Below the pieces are notes generated by a model that made no database searches, was not told the DNA's origin, and saw only the letters and a program-made list of their open reading frames with translations. The position numbers and the translations under genes were made by a program. Shown piece by piece: positions 9,817-19,724 of a stretch of 64,000 bases of DNA. Positions within the stretch are counted from its first letter, which is position 1; every line of letters begins with the position of its first letter. Source of the DNA: Candidatus Sumerlaeia bacterium (lineage in GTDB: Bacteria > Sumerlaeota > Sumerlaeia > SLMS01 > JANRJK01); the NCBI GenBank assembly GCA_033764015.1, contig JANRJK010000008.1, forward strand, positions 34,685 to 98,684. Reading direction: 5' to 3'.

Positions 9817-10114
9817 GGGCGGAAAACTCCTTGAGGGTTGGGGGCGGCGCGGCGGAGAAAGATGGGGCAGTTCCGCAATGCGCCAATTCACCCCTGCTTT
9901 ATACGACTAGACAGTGCCGACAACGCGGACGCCGCGTCGAGGCTTTTTTGGACCTGCGCGGCGCCTTGGTTGATTCGCCGGACCCCCGGCAGGATACCGC
10001 GAAACCGCTTTCCCGTTGCGCGTCCGCGCTCGCCAAGACTCCGCTGTTGCGCTCCACCAACGCCGCAACGCCTCCCAACGCGAGGCGCCCCGGGGCGACT
10101 CCGCGAGGTGACCC

Positions 10115-12025
10115 ATGGGCCGCGCACAGCCCACCGCAGGCGACCAGGAATCCAAGCGCGCCTTCATGAAGCACGTCCTCAACGACGCGCGCGCCCTCGA
10201 AGCCATGATCGCCGACGGCATGGTCGAAAACGACCGCCGGCGCATCGGCGTCGAGCAGGAGATGTTCCTCGTCGACGAGAAGATGCGCCCCGCGAACCTC
10301 GTCGTCCCGATCCTCAAGGAACTCGCCGACGACCAGTTCGTCACCGAACTCGGCGCCTTCAACCTCGAAGCGAATTCCGACACCTATGTGTTCGGTGAGG
10401 ACTGCCTCTCTCGCCTCGAAGCGGAGCTCCTCGAGAAGGTGGCCCGCGCACGTGCCGCCGCCGCGAAGTTCGGCGGCAACATCGTGCTCGTCGGCAGCCT
10501 TCCCACGCTCAAGAAGAGCGATCTCGGCCTCGACAACATGGCCCCCGTCGAGCGCTACCGCCAGCTCAACGACATCATGTCGGACCTCCGCGGCGAGCCC
10601 TACGAGTTCCGCATCACCGGCATCGACGAGTTGATCATGGAGCACGACTCGGTGATGACCGAGGCGTGCAACACCAGCTTCCAAGTCCACTTCCAGGTCG
10701 GTCCGGCGGAGTTCGCGGAGCTCTACAACGTCGCCCAGGTTTGCAACGCGCCGCTTATGGCGGCCGCGTGCAACTCGCCGCTCCTCTTCGGCAAGCGCCT
10801 CTGGCGCGAGACCCGCATCGCCCTCTTCCAGCAATCGATCGACCTGCGCCGCAACGATTCGCCGATGCGCGACCTCCAGCCCCGCGTCACCTTCGGCAGC
10901 AGTTGGGTGAAGAAGTCCGTCATGGAACTGATCCGCGAGGACATCACGCGCTTCAAGGTCCTGATCGCCTCGCACATCGACGAGGACGCCTTCGAGGCGC
11001 TGCGCGAAGGCCGCGCGCCGTCGCTCAAGGCGCTCCGCATGCTCAACGGGACCATCTACCGCTGGAACCGCGCGTGCTACGGCATCACCGAGGGGAAGCC
11101 ACACCTGCGCATCGAGAACCGCATCCTCCCCTCCGGCCCGACGGTCGCCGACGAGGTGGCCAACACCGCCTTCTGGTGCGGCCTCATGAGCGCCGTCTCG
11201 CGCCATTGGCAGGACGTGACCCAGGTGATGGACTTCGACGACGCGAAGGCGAACTTCTTCGCCGCCGCGCGCCTCGGCCTCGCGGCCCAGTTCCGATGGC
11301 TCGACGGCAAGCTCTACCCGGCGCAGAAGCTCATCCTCGACATCGCGCTCCCGCTCGCCAAGGAAGGCCTCAGCAAGAAGGGCATCGCCGAAGCCGACAT
11401 CAACCGCTACCTCGGCATCATCGAGCGCCGCGTCGCAAGCGGCCAGACCGGCGCCGAGTGGCTCCTCAAGAGCTACACCGCGAACCGCTCCAAGGGCCGC
11501 CGCTCCGAGCGCCTCGCCGAGGTCACGAACGCCTACCTCCGCAACCAGACCGACAACCGCCCGGTCCACGAGTGGGACGAGTACTCGATGGAGGAGCCCA
11601 GCGTCTACAAGTCCACCATGACCACCGTGGACGACTACATGAGCACCGACTTCGTCACGGTCCAAGAGGACGAACTGGTCGACCTCGTCGCCTGCCTGAT
11701 GGACTGGCACAAGATCCGGCACGTCCTCGTCGAGAACCAGGACCACGAGCTGGTGGGCCTCGTCTCGCACCGCTGCCTGATCAAGCTCTTCGCGAAGGGC
11801 ATGGAGGCGCTCTCCGCCAGGAACCCCTCGGTTTCCGAGATCATGATCCGCAACCTTGTCACCTGCCCGCCGGAGATGAGCACGCTGGATGCCGTCCGCC
11901 TGATGTCGAACAACAAGGTGGGCGCGCTCCCGGTGGTGAAGGATGGACAGCTCGTGGGCCTCATCACGGAGCGCGACCTGATGCCGCTCGCCTCCCAGTT
12001 GCTCGAGGAGAAGTTCGGCGGCTGA
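10115..12025 (+). CDS. Glutamate-cysteine ligase (GCS2)-like protein fused to a C-terminal CBS pair
   Basis: IGVEQEMFLVD, ELGAFNLEAN, EACNTSFQVH, NSP, HLRIENRILPSGPT, followed by two CBS domains (VDDYMSTD..., VGALPVV...GLITERD). Confidence 0.88.
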   Translation: MGRAQPTAGDQESKRAFMKHVLNDARALEAMIADGMVENDRRRIGVEQEMFLVDEKMRPANLVVPILKELADDQFVTELGAFNLEANSDTYVFGEDCLSRLEAELLEKVARARAAAAKFGGNIVLVGSLPTLKKSDLGLDNMAPVERYRQLNDIMSDLRGEPYEFRITGIDELIMEHDSVMTEACNTSFQVHFQVGPAEFAELYNVAQVCNAPLMAAACNSPLLFGKRLWRETRIALFQQSIDLRRNDSPMRDLQPRVTFGSSWVKKSVMELIREDITRFKVLIASHIDEDAFEALREGRAPSLKALRMLNGTIYRWNRACYGITEGKPHLRIENRILPSGPTVADEVANTAFWCGLMSAVSRHWQDVTQVMDFDDAKANFFAAARLGLAAQFRWLDGKLYPAQKLILDIALPLAKEGLSKKGIAEADINRYLGIIERRVASGQTGAEWLLKSYTANRSKGRRSERLAEVTNAYLRNQTDNRPVHEWDEYSMEEPSVYKSTMTTVDDYMSTDFVTVQEDELVDLVACLMDWHKIRHVLVENQDHELVGLVSHRCLIKLFAKGMEALSARNPSVSEIMIRNLVTCPPEMSTLDAVRLMSNNKVGALPVVKDGQLVGLITERDLMPLASQLLEEKFGG

Positions 12026-12041
12026 TCCAGCCGCCCCGACG

Positions 12042-13244
12042 ATGGCAGTCGCCGCAGTCCTGGACGGAATGCCCGCGCGCGCGGCGGTGGACCCCGCCAC
12101 CCGCCTCCTGGGCAGCTACGACTCGGGGCGCCCCGGGCCGCTGCTACTCGTCACCGCCGGGCTCCACGGCAACGAGCCCGCGGGACTCCGCGCGGTCGAG
12201 GCGGTCCTCCGTCAGCTCCGCTCGAGCCGTCCCCCCATCGCGTGGCGCGTTGCCGCCTTCGCCGGCAACATGGCCGCGATCCGCGAGAACAAGCGCTACA
12301 TCGACCGCGACCTGAACCGCCTCTGGCACTCCGACATCGTCGAGGGGCTCCGCAACGGCGCGATCTCGCCCACCGAAACCGCCGAGCACGCCGAACTGGC
12401 CGAGCTCGTGGACCTGCTCTTCGCCGAGGCCGACAACGCCACGGGCTCCGTGCACCTGCTCGACCTGCACACCTTTTCGGCCCCCGGCTACCCGTTCTGC
12501 TGCATCGGCGACACGCTGCAGAACCGCCGCTTCGCCCGGGCGATGCCGCTGACGACGATCCTCGGCCTCGAGGAGCAACTCGACGGCACCAGCATGGAGT
12601 ACTTGAACGAACGCGGCTTCACGACGCTCATCGTCGAGGGCGGCCAGCACGAGGACCCGCGCGCGGCGGGGGTCCTGGAAGCCACATTCTGGTACGCGCT
12701 CGTCGCGGCCGGGTGCCTGCGGCGGCAGGACGCTCCCGGCCTAGCGGCGCACCTGCGCCACCTCCGCGATGCGCGCGGCGGCCTGCCCTATGTGCTAGAG
12801 GTGCGCTACCGCCACGCCATCCGGCCGGTGGATGGATTCGCCATGCGGCCCGGGTACACGAACTTCCAGCCGATCAAGAAGAGCGAGCACCTCGCCGACG
12901 ACAGCGGGGGAGCGGTGCGCGCGCCCTTCACCGGGTACATCCTGATGCCGTTGTACCAGAAACTCGGCGACGATGGATTCTTCGCCACCAAGCCGGTCGG
13001 TAACGCTTGGCTCGCACTCTCCCAGTTCCTGCGGCGGCTCGAGCTCTGGCGCTTCCTGCATCTGCTGCCGGGCGTGCGGCGGGATCCGGGATCGGCGAAC
13101 TCGCTGCTCGTGGACCGCGGAGTCGCCCGCTGGTCCGCCGGGCGCATCTTCCGCCTCTTCGGCTACCGGAAGATCCGTGCGCTCGACGACCACACGCTGC
13201 GCGTCACACGCCGGCGCAACGATCTGCGCTGGGAGCGCGACTGA
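12042..13244 (+). CDS. Succinylglutamate desuccinylase/aspartoacylase (M14-like) family protein
   Basis: GLHGNE, RYIDRDLNR, LLDLHT and EGGQH motifs; 16 nt downstream of the ligase. Confidence 0.88.
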   Translation: MAVAAVLDGMPARAAVDPATRLLGSYDSGRPGPLLLVTAGLHGNEPAGLRAVEAVLRQLRSSRPPIAWRVAAFAGNMAAIRENKRYIDRDLNRLWHSDIVEGLRNGAISPTETAEHAELAELVDLLFAEADNATGSVHLLDLHTFSAPGYPFCCIGDTLQNRRFARAMPLTTILGLEEQLDGTSMEYLNERGFTTLIVEGGQHEDPRAAGVLEATFWYALVAAGCLRRQDAPGLAAHLRHLRDARGGLPYVLEVRYRHAIRPVDGFAMRPGYTNFQPIKKSEHLADDSGGAVRAPFTGYILMPLYQKLGDDGFFATKPVGNAWLALSQFLRRLELWRFLHLLPGVRRDPGSANSLLVDRGVARWSAGRIFRLFGYRKIRALDDHTLRVTRRRNDLRWERD

Positions 13245-13290
13245 GCCCGCTACAGAGGGAACGGCGGGGGAGCGCGGGGCAGTCGCGCCC

Positions 13291-14376
13291 TTAGGCGGGG
13301 ATCACCGCGAAGGGCTTCTTCGCGTTCAGGATGCTCACCTGCTGCGCGACCTTCTCGGCGATCTCGCGGTAGACCTTGCCGAATTCCGAGTTGGGGTCCG
13401 TCGCCACCGGCTCGCCCTTGTCCATCGACTCGCGGATCTTCGTGTTGAGCGGCAGCCTGCCGAGGAACGGCACGCCGTACTTCTTGGCGGCCAGCTCGCC
13501 GCCGTTCGCGTCGAAGACCTCGTCGCGGTGTCCGCACTTCGGGCAGAGGTAGTACGCCATGTTCTCGACGATGCCGAGGATCGGCAGCTTCGTCGTCTGG
13601 AACATCACGATGCCCTTGCGGGCGTCCTGCAGCGCCACGTTCTGCGGCGTCGTCACCACCACGGCGCCGGTCACCGGGACCGCCTGGACCAGCGAAAGCT
13701 GCACATCGCCGGTTCCCGGGGGGAGGTCGATGATCATGTAGTCCTGCTCACCCCACAACACATCGTGCAGCAACTGCTTGAGCACGCCGTGCAGCATCGG
13801 CCCGCGCCAGACCAGGGGCTGGTCCTCGTTGACCATGAAGCCCATGGACATGACGGAGAGGCCGCGCGCCTTCATGGGGATGATGCGGTTCTCGACCACC
13901 TTCGGCCGACCCATCGCGCCCACCATTCCCGGAATGTTCGGGCCGTAGATATCCGCGTCCAGCAAGGCCACCTTCGCGCCGAGATTCGCCAAGGAAATCG
14001 CGAGGTTCACCGCCGTCGTGCTCTTGCCGACGCCACCCTTGCCGGAGCCGACCGCGATGATGTTCTTGACGCCCTCGATGCGGTTGCGTCCCCCGGCCGG
14101 GTCGGCGGCGCGCACGTTCGCCGTCATCTTCACGTCCACCGAGGCGACCCCCGGGACCGAACGGATCGCCGCTTCGCAGTCGCCCTTGATTTTCTCCTTC
14201 ATCGGGCAGGCGGGCGTCGTCAGTTCCACCGTCGCGGACACCGAACCGGACTCGGAGACCTCGAGTTCCTTCAGCATCCCGAGCGTCACGATGTCCTTGT
14301 GCAGGTCCGGATCCTGGACCGTGGCGAGCGCTGCCCGAACCTGGTCCTTGATGCGTGCGGTTTCGGTCTGCGTCAT
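13291..14376 (-). CDS. apbC: Mrp/ApbC (NBP35) Fe-S cluster carrier ATPase
   Basis: N-terminal DUF59 (TTPACP), GKGGVGKST, DADIYGP, WRGPM, DLPPGTGD, CPKC. Confidence 0.94.
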   Translation of the reverse strand: MTQTETARIKDQVRAALATVQDPDLHKDIVTLGMLKELEVSESGSVSATVELTTPACPMKEKIKGDCEAAIRSVPGVASVDVKMTANVRAADPAGGRNRIEGVKNIIAVGSGKGGVGKSTTAVNLAISLANLGAKVALLDADIYGPNIPGMVGAMGRPKVVENRIIPMKARGLSVMSMGFMVNEDQPLVWRGPMLHGVLKQLLHDVLWGEQDYMIIDLPPGTGDVQLSLVQAVPVTGAVVVTTPQNVALQDARKGIVMFQTTKLPILGIVENMAYYLCPKCGHRDEVFDANGGELAAKKYGVPFLGRLPLNTKIRESMDKGEPVATDPNSEFGKVYREIAEKVAQQVSILNAKKPFAVIPA

Positions 14377-14575
14377 CGGCGTTTGCGGGGTCCTTCGGCG
14401 GGAGGGGATTGTCCGGGCGTCAACGGATCATCATGGCGCCCGGCAGGGGAGTGCGGCAACCCCGAAGCCAATAACGTGCGCGCTCTCCCGGAGCCGGAAT
14501 CGGCTCGCGCCGCATTGAATGCCGGCGCCACATTCCGCGTAGATCCCTCACACCCTAGCGAGGAGCCACTCCGCC

Positions 14576-15364
14576 ATGAAGGCCCACGAGATCGAATACG
14601 AGATCCACGGCGAGACCATGCAGTTCGTCGACATCATCCTCGACCCGGGAGAAGCGGTCACCGCCGAGCCCGGCAACATGATGTACATGCGCGACGGCAT
14701 CGACATGGAGACCCGCTTCGGCACCACCGAAGAGAAGGGCTTCATGGGCAAGCTGCTGAGCGCCGGCAAGCGCATGATCACCGGCGAGTCGCTCTTCCTC
14801 ACCCTGTTCACGCACAAAGGCACCGGGAAGTCGCGCGTCGCCTTCGCCGCGCCCTACCCCGGCAAGATCGTCCCCATCGACCTGAAGCAGTACGGCACCA
14901 TGATGTGCCAGAAGGACAGCTACCTCTGCTCCGCCGTCGGCGTGGACGTGAGCGTGGGCTTCACCAAGAAGTTCGGCGCGGGCCTGTTCGGCGGCGAGGG
15001 CTTCATCCTGCAGAAGCTCCAAGGCGATGGCCTGGCCTTCGTCCATGCGGGAGGCACCGTCATGTTCATGGACCTCGCGCCCGGGGAAGTGGTCCGCGTC
15101 GACACCGGCTGCATCGTCGCCTTCCAGCAGTCGGTCGAGTACGACATCCAAATGGTGGGCGGCATCAAGTCGGCCCTGTTCGGCGGTGAAGGCCTGTTCT
15201 TCGCCACGCTTCGCGGGCCGGGGCGCGTCTTCCTCCAGTCGCTCCCATTCTCGCGGCTTGCGATGCGCATCTACGCGGCGGCACCGCAGACCAATGGTGG
15301 AGGCCGGGGCGAGGGTTCGGTTCTGGGCGGTCTCGGCGGCCTGCTGGACGGCGACAACTCGTGA
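14576..15364 (+). CDS. TIGR00266 / AIM24 family protein
   Basis: GESLF, APYPGKI, GLFGGEGFILQKL, LRGPGRV.LQSLPFSRLA; GAGGAG RBS upstream. Confidence 0.92.
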   Translation: MKAHEIEYEIHGETMQFVDIILDPGEAVTAEPGNMMYMRDGIDMETRFGTTEEKGFMGKLLSAGKRMITGESLFLTLFTHKGTGKSRVAFAAPYPGKIVPIDLKQYGTMMCQKDSYLCSAVGVDVSVGFTKKFGAGLFGGEGFILQKLQGDGLAFVHAGGTVMFMDLAPGEVVRVDTGCIVAFQQSVEYDIQMVGGIKSALFGGEGLFFATLRGPGRVFLQSLPFSRLAMRIYAAAPQTNGGGRGEGSVLGGLGGLLDGDNS

Positions 15365-15423
15365 CGCCACGGGGTGCTGCGGGGCGCCGGGGGGAGGGGG
15401 GCCGGCGCCCGCTTCCACCCCCA

Positions 15424-15459
15424 GCTTACGTCGTTAAATGCAAATTTAACGACGTAAGC
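15424..15459. repeat. Perfect 16-bp inverted repeat (GCTTACGTCGTTAAAT-GCAA-ATTTAACGACGTAAGC)
   Basis: Read directly; lies at the start of an AT-rich intergenic patch. Confidence 0.9.
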
Positions 15460-15566
15460 ATAAACTATTAGTATTAATCATGTTGAGCTGCTCAACTGCG
15501 ACGTTGCTTTAGAAGGAGCCTGTCATTTTCAACGATATCAAACATCCCCGGCCGATCCCTGTTGAA

Positions 15567-16445
15567 GTGGACGACGCCATCAACCCCGCGACGGCGAAGC
15601 GATTCGACCGGCGGCGATTCCTCAAGATGCTTGGCGCTACTGCTGTTACGGGGCTTGGCCTTTACGGCTACGCGACTCGCATCGAGCCGCACTGGGTGAG
15701 CTTGGTACGGCGGCCACTCCCGATCACCGGTCTGCCGCAGAACTGGCTGGGCAAGACCCTCCTCCAGATCAGCGATCTCCACGTCGGCAAGGTGGTCGAC
15801 ACGGGGTACTTGATCCGGACGTTGGAGGAGGCGAAGGCCCTGGCGCCCGACCTGGTCGTCGTCACGGGCGACTTCACCCACGGGGCGGACGCGCACGACA
15901 CACAATTGCTGACCCGCGTGCTCGACCATCTTCCCCGCGGCAGTCGCGCGACGCTGGCGATCCTCGGCAACCATGACTATGGCGACAGCTTCGCTGATCG
16001 GAGCGCCGCCGATGGGGTAGCGCGCGTTCTGGAAACCGAGGCGGTCACCCTCCTCCGGTACTCGGCGGTCGATCTGGATGGCCTCGAGGTGGTCGGCTTC
16101 GATGACGCTTGGTCGCCGAACTGGGATCCCGACGCCGCCGCCCGGTTGCTGGAACTCCCCGCCCCGCGCATCGTCCTTTGCCACAACCCCGACGTCTGCG
16201 ACATGGGGGTCTGGGGCCCGCACCCATCCTATACGCTTTCCGGTCACACACACGGTGGCCAATGCAGGCCGCCCTTCCTGCCACCACCGTTCCTCCCGGT
16301 GCTGAACCGTCGCTACACGCAGGGCGAGTTCATTCTAGACGCCAAGCGGCGCCTCTACATCAACCCGGGGCTGGGCTACCTCATGAGCGCTCGGTTCAAC
16401 GTGCGTCCAGAACTGACCTTGTTCACGTTGACCGAGGCTTCTTGA
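15567..16445 (+). CDS. Calcineurin-like metallophosphoesterase (YkuE-like), Tat-type signal
   Basis: RRRFLK plus hydrophobic segment; SDLH, TGD, GNHD, HNP, SGHTHGGQ, RFN..PE. Confidence 0.92.
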   Translation: MDDAINPATAKRFDRRRFLKMLGATAVTGLGLYGYATRIEPHWVSLVRRPLPITGLPQNWLGKTLLQISDLHVGKVVDTGYLIRTLEEAKALAPDLVVVTGDFTHGADAHDTQLLTRVLDHLPRGSRATLAILGNHDYGDSFADRSAADGVARVLETEAVTLLRYSAVDLDGLEVVGFDDAWSPNWDPDAAARLLELPAPRIVLCHNPDVCDMGVWGPHPSYTLSGHTHGGQCRPPFLPPPFLPVLNRRYTQGEFILDAKRRLYINPGLGYLMSARFNVRPELTLFTLTEAS

Positions 16446-16454
16446 AGCACCACT

Positions 16455-19400
16455 TCACGGTGCCGGATTTCCCCGCACCATGAACTCCCACTCCAAGGTG
16501 CCCTGAGAGACCTTCAGGAGCAGCACGTTCCTCCCCTTGCGGAGCGTGACGCGCGCCTCTTCCCAGGGGTGGTTGATCCCGCGGAAAGCATCGACGCTGT
16601 GGATCTTCTCGCCGTTCAGCCACACCTCGCACCCGTCGTCGGTCCGGAAACCGAGCACGGCCGCTCCCCCATCGGCGTCGAAGGTGCCGACCGCGTAGGC
16701 GATGCGCTCCTCTTCGGGGTTGATCTGCTTGATGTTGATGAGGCCGTGCCCGTTCGGGCGGGCGACCGTCCAGCCGTCCCGGGCGGCGAACTGGGGGAGT
16801 TCCGCCCACGGGATCTCCTGCGGCGGGTAGTTCTGCTCGGCGATCTTGCCCTTGATGTCGAAGGGGAACGACGGGGAGACGAGCCACGAATCGATGTTCC
16901 CGTAGCGCATCGGGAGCTTCAGTTCCGCTGTGACCCGCCGCTCCCCCACCCTGGCGGTCAGGGCGCGGACGTCGGTGGCCTCGGTCAGGAAGGGGATCGG
17001 CTGCTTGAGGATCTCCGGGTCGGATAGCTCCATGGGGCCTGCCAGGCCGTCGAAGCGGAACGTGCCGCCGTCGATCACCTCGCCGGAGGGCTTCATCTCT
17101 CGACGCCACGCCACGTCGATCAAGTCGGGTGCGATGGGGGAGTCCGCATTCCGTACCAACCGCCGGAGCGTGCCCACGAAGGGATAGTGCGTTTCGTTGT
17201 CGATCACCGCCAGACCCGCCATCGCGAGGAGCGCGGAAGCGACGTCGTCCGGCGTCGAGGCATCGATGGATGCGAGGGCTTCAGCCAGATTGTCCGGCGC
17301 CCCAGCACCGAGGATTCCTTCGAGCCGGCGTCCGGCGGCACGGGAGGAGGCGACTTCGGGTGCAGCCTCCGCGCAGTCCATCTCGATGCGCATCGCCTTG
17401 TGAATGCTGCGCTTGGCAACCTTAACCTCAAGTATTCCGGAGCCTTCATCCAAGCTCCAGTCACCGGCCTGTCCGTCCACGACGACGCGGCTCGGCCGCC
17501 CGACGGAATGGACTTGGATCGAGTAGGCGCGTTCCGCGGGCTGGCCGTCGTACTCCCCCACCGTGGGATGGATATCGAGGTCGAGGCCCCCCTCCCGGAA
17601 GGACGCGACGAGGATCGTCTGCCCGTAGGAGTCGCTCCCGTAGTCGGATGACTCGCCGTCGTCCTCGTAGAGCGTGAACGCCTCGATGGTCTCCTCCGGC
17701 GCGGGCCAGAGTTTGATCACCAGCTCGTCAAGCGGCGCCGTCGTGGGTCGCGCGTTGTAGCGCTGCATAGGCAGCGGCGCGCCCGCGCGGACGAACATCG
17801 GCCACTCGTTGATGTCGGCGCAGACCACTCGCCACTGCGGCCCCTCGAACTTCTCCGAGGTGAAGTAGTTGTACCAAGTTCCCTCGGGGAACCAGACGAG
17901 CTGCGCAGCCACCCGGCCCGGACCCGCTCCGGCGGCGGTCGCCGGGGCGACCAGGATGTTCTCGCCAAACAGGTACTGTGCAGGCACCAGGTACGCCTCG
18001 GGAGCCTCCGGGTAGGCCAGATACATTGGGCGGTTGAGCGGGAGACCATCCGCTGTGCACTGCCACGCGGAACTGTAGACGTAGGGCATCAGCTCGGCCC
18101 GGAAGTGGAAAGCGCGCCGCATCGATGCTGTCGCCCAATCGGGCCAGCGCCACGGGCGGCGGTCCAAGTACTCGATGATCCCGGAGTGCATCCGCATGGC
18201 GGCGGTGGTGGCGGAGAACTGCACCCAGCGCGTGTACGGCTCCTCGTTGCGCTCGCCGAAATGCCCGCCGATGTCGTGGCTCCAGTAGAAACACCCCACA
18301 TTGCCTGCGGTGCTGGTGAATGGCACCTCGAAGCTCAGCATCCGCCATCCGGTGTCCGCGTCGCCCGAGAAGTGGATCGGGTGCCGGTGGTCGCCCCAGC
18401 CCCCCCAGCGGGAGAACTGGAGTCCACGCTTACCGCCGCGCTTGGAGTTCTCGAAGTACAGGTAGTTTAGCCACTTCAAGTTGAGCAGGTCGCCGATGCC
18501 GATCGTGAAGGGATACTGCTGCCAGTCGAGCCACCAGAAGTCGACGCCCTCATCCTCGCGGGGGTGGTGCGTGTGGGCGAAGAGCGCCTCCATGTACTTC
18601 CGGTCGGCGGCGTCGAAGGTGACCGTCTCTCCCGAGGCGGGATTCTGCCCGAGCGTCGCCATGAACTCGGGGTACATCGTCTCGGTCGGCAGCACGCCAT
18701 CCGCCGGATGGACATTGAGCGTGACGAGGAGCCCCTGCTCTCGAAAGTACTTCAGCAATGCGGGCGGATCCGGAAGCAGCTCATAGTTCCACGACCAACC
18801 GGTCCACTCGCCCGTGTGCCACTCCATGTCCATCACCATGACATCGAGGGGGAAGTCGTGTTCGGCGTACTCCTCGACGATCTGCTTGTAGTCGTCGGAG
18901 GAGTAGTGCCACCAGCGGGAGTACCAGCTCCCGAGCACTTGCTTGCGGGGCATCGGCACCTTGCCGGCGGCTGCGGCGAATGCCCGGAAGGCTGCTTCGT
19001 AATCCGAGCCGTAGCCGAAGAGGAACCAATCGGTCCCGGCATCGGGGCGGCGCGGCTGTGCCCAGCCGTCCACCAGCAGGTGTGTCTTCGAGTCGTCGAT
19101 CAGGAACCAGCCGTCGCGGGAAAGCAGCCCCTCGCCGAGGGGCACCGGACCGCGCACTTGGTCCAAGGTGGCAATGGTGCCGCCCAGGTTGCCGGTCTGG
19201 CGCGAGGAGGGGTTCCACTCGATCGGGTGCGCTCCCCCGCCGATCGTGACGAAGAGGTTCGTGGATGAGAACGGGGTGCCATCCGGGGCGTATCGGATCG
19301 CCATGCGCCCGGTGTCGATCAGGAGCGCGCCGTCCGGATCGCGGCGCACGGCGACGGAATCGGCGCGGGAGGATCGTTCGATGGCGAACAGCGATGGCTC

Positions 19401-19562
19401 GTCGGTGAACTTGCCGTCGGGAGCGTACTCGAGGCGGACGCACTCCGGGGCGACGACGGTGAAGCGCGCGTTGCCCTCGATGATGGGATTGCCGTTCGCC
19501 GCGGCCGCGAGGGCCGCCCCTGCCACTGTCGTCATGATCGCTCTCCGGAGTTCGCGTCTCAC
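16455..19562 (-). CDS. Secreted glycoside hydrolase family 31 with DUF5110 and C-terminal jelly-roll/PA14-like domain
   Basis: MDMEWH, W.GWSWN, GVDFWWLDWQQ (nucleophile), HFSGD (acid/base), WSHDIGG, LYEDDG. Signal peptide from GTG 19562 (alternative ATG 19535). Confidence 0.9.
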   Translation of the reverse strand: MRRELRRAIMTTVAGAALAAAANGNPIIEGNARFTVVAPECVRLEYAPDGKFTDEPSLFAIERSSRADSVAVRRDPDGALLIDTGRMAIRYAPDGTPFSSTNLFVTIGGGAHPIEWNPSSRQTGNLGGTIATLDQVRGPVPLGEGLLSRDGWFLIDDSKTHLLVDGWAQPRRPDAGTDWFLFGYGSDYEAAFRAFAAAAGKVPMPRKQVLGSWYSRWWHYSSDDYKQIVEEYAEHDFPLDVMVMDMEWHTGEWTGWSWNYELLPDPPALLKYFREQGLLVTLNVHPADGVLPTETMYPEFMATLGQNPASGETVTFDAADRKYMEALFAHTHHPREDEGVDFWWLDWQQYPFTIGIGDLLNLKWLNYLYFENSKRGGKRGLQFSRWGGWGDHRHPIHFSGDADTGWRMLSFEVPFTSTAGNVGCFYWSHDIGGHFGERNEEPYTRWVQFSATTAAMRMHSGIIEYLDRRPWRWPDWATASMRRAFHFRAELMPYVYSSAWQCTADGLPLNRPMYLAYPEAPEAYLVPAQYLFGENILVAPATAAGAGPGRVAAQLVWFPEGTWYNYFTSEKFEGPQWRVVCADINEWPMFVRAGAPLPMQRYNARPTTAPLDELVIKLWPAPEETIEAFTLYEDDGESSDYGSDSYGQTILVASFREGGLDLDIHPTVGEYDGQPAERAYSIQVHSVGRPSRVVVDGQAGDWSLDEGSGILEVKVAKRSIHKAMRIEMDCAEAAPEVASSRAAGRRLEGILGAGAPDNLAEALASIDASTPDDVASALLAMAGLAVIDNETHYPFVGTLRRLVRNADSPIAPDLIDVAWRREMKPSGEVIDGGTFRFDGLAGPMELSDPEILKQPIPFLTEATDVRALTARVGERRVTAELKLPMRYGNIDSWLVSPSFPFDIKGKIAEQNYPPQEIPWAELPQFAARDGWTVARPNGHGLINIKQINPEEERIAYAVGTFDADGGAAVLGFRTDDGCEVWLNGEKIHSVDAFRGINHPWEEARVTLRKGRNVLLLKVSQGTLEWEFMVRGNPAP

Positions 19563-19724
19563 GGGCTGGCGCCCCTGGATTGGATTGGGTGGATCATTAG
19601 CGTCGCGCCCCGCGGGGACAACCCCGGAGGATAGGCGCACGGATAGAGTCGGATCGCGCTAGCGCCAGCGCGCCGCGCTCCCCACCCTCGCTCCCCGCAG
19701 TACCAACGCACCCTAGGCAAGCCC

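Noticed and set aside
9899..12100. 733-aa minus-strand ORF, and similar long Arg/Ala/Gly-rich ORFs such as 8047-9834, 12973-15189, 19713-21680 and 46025-48235
   Set aside because: They overlap well-supported genes on the opposite strand or another frame and have shadow-ORF composition.
15444..15496. Integron attC or dif site
   Set aside because: RYYYAAC/GTTRRRY-like cores are present, but the span is too short and unpaired for attC, no integrase is nearby, and only one arm (CGTAAGCATAA) resembles a XerC box. Kept only as an unexplained palindrome.
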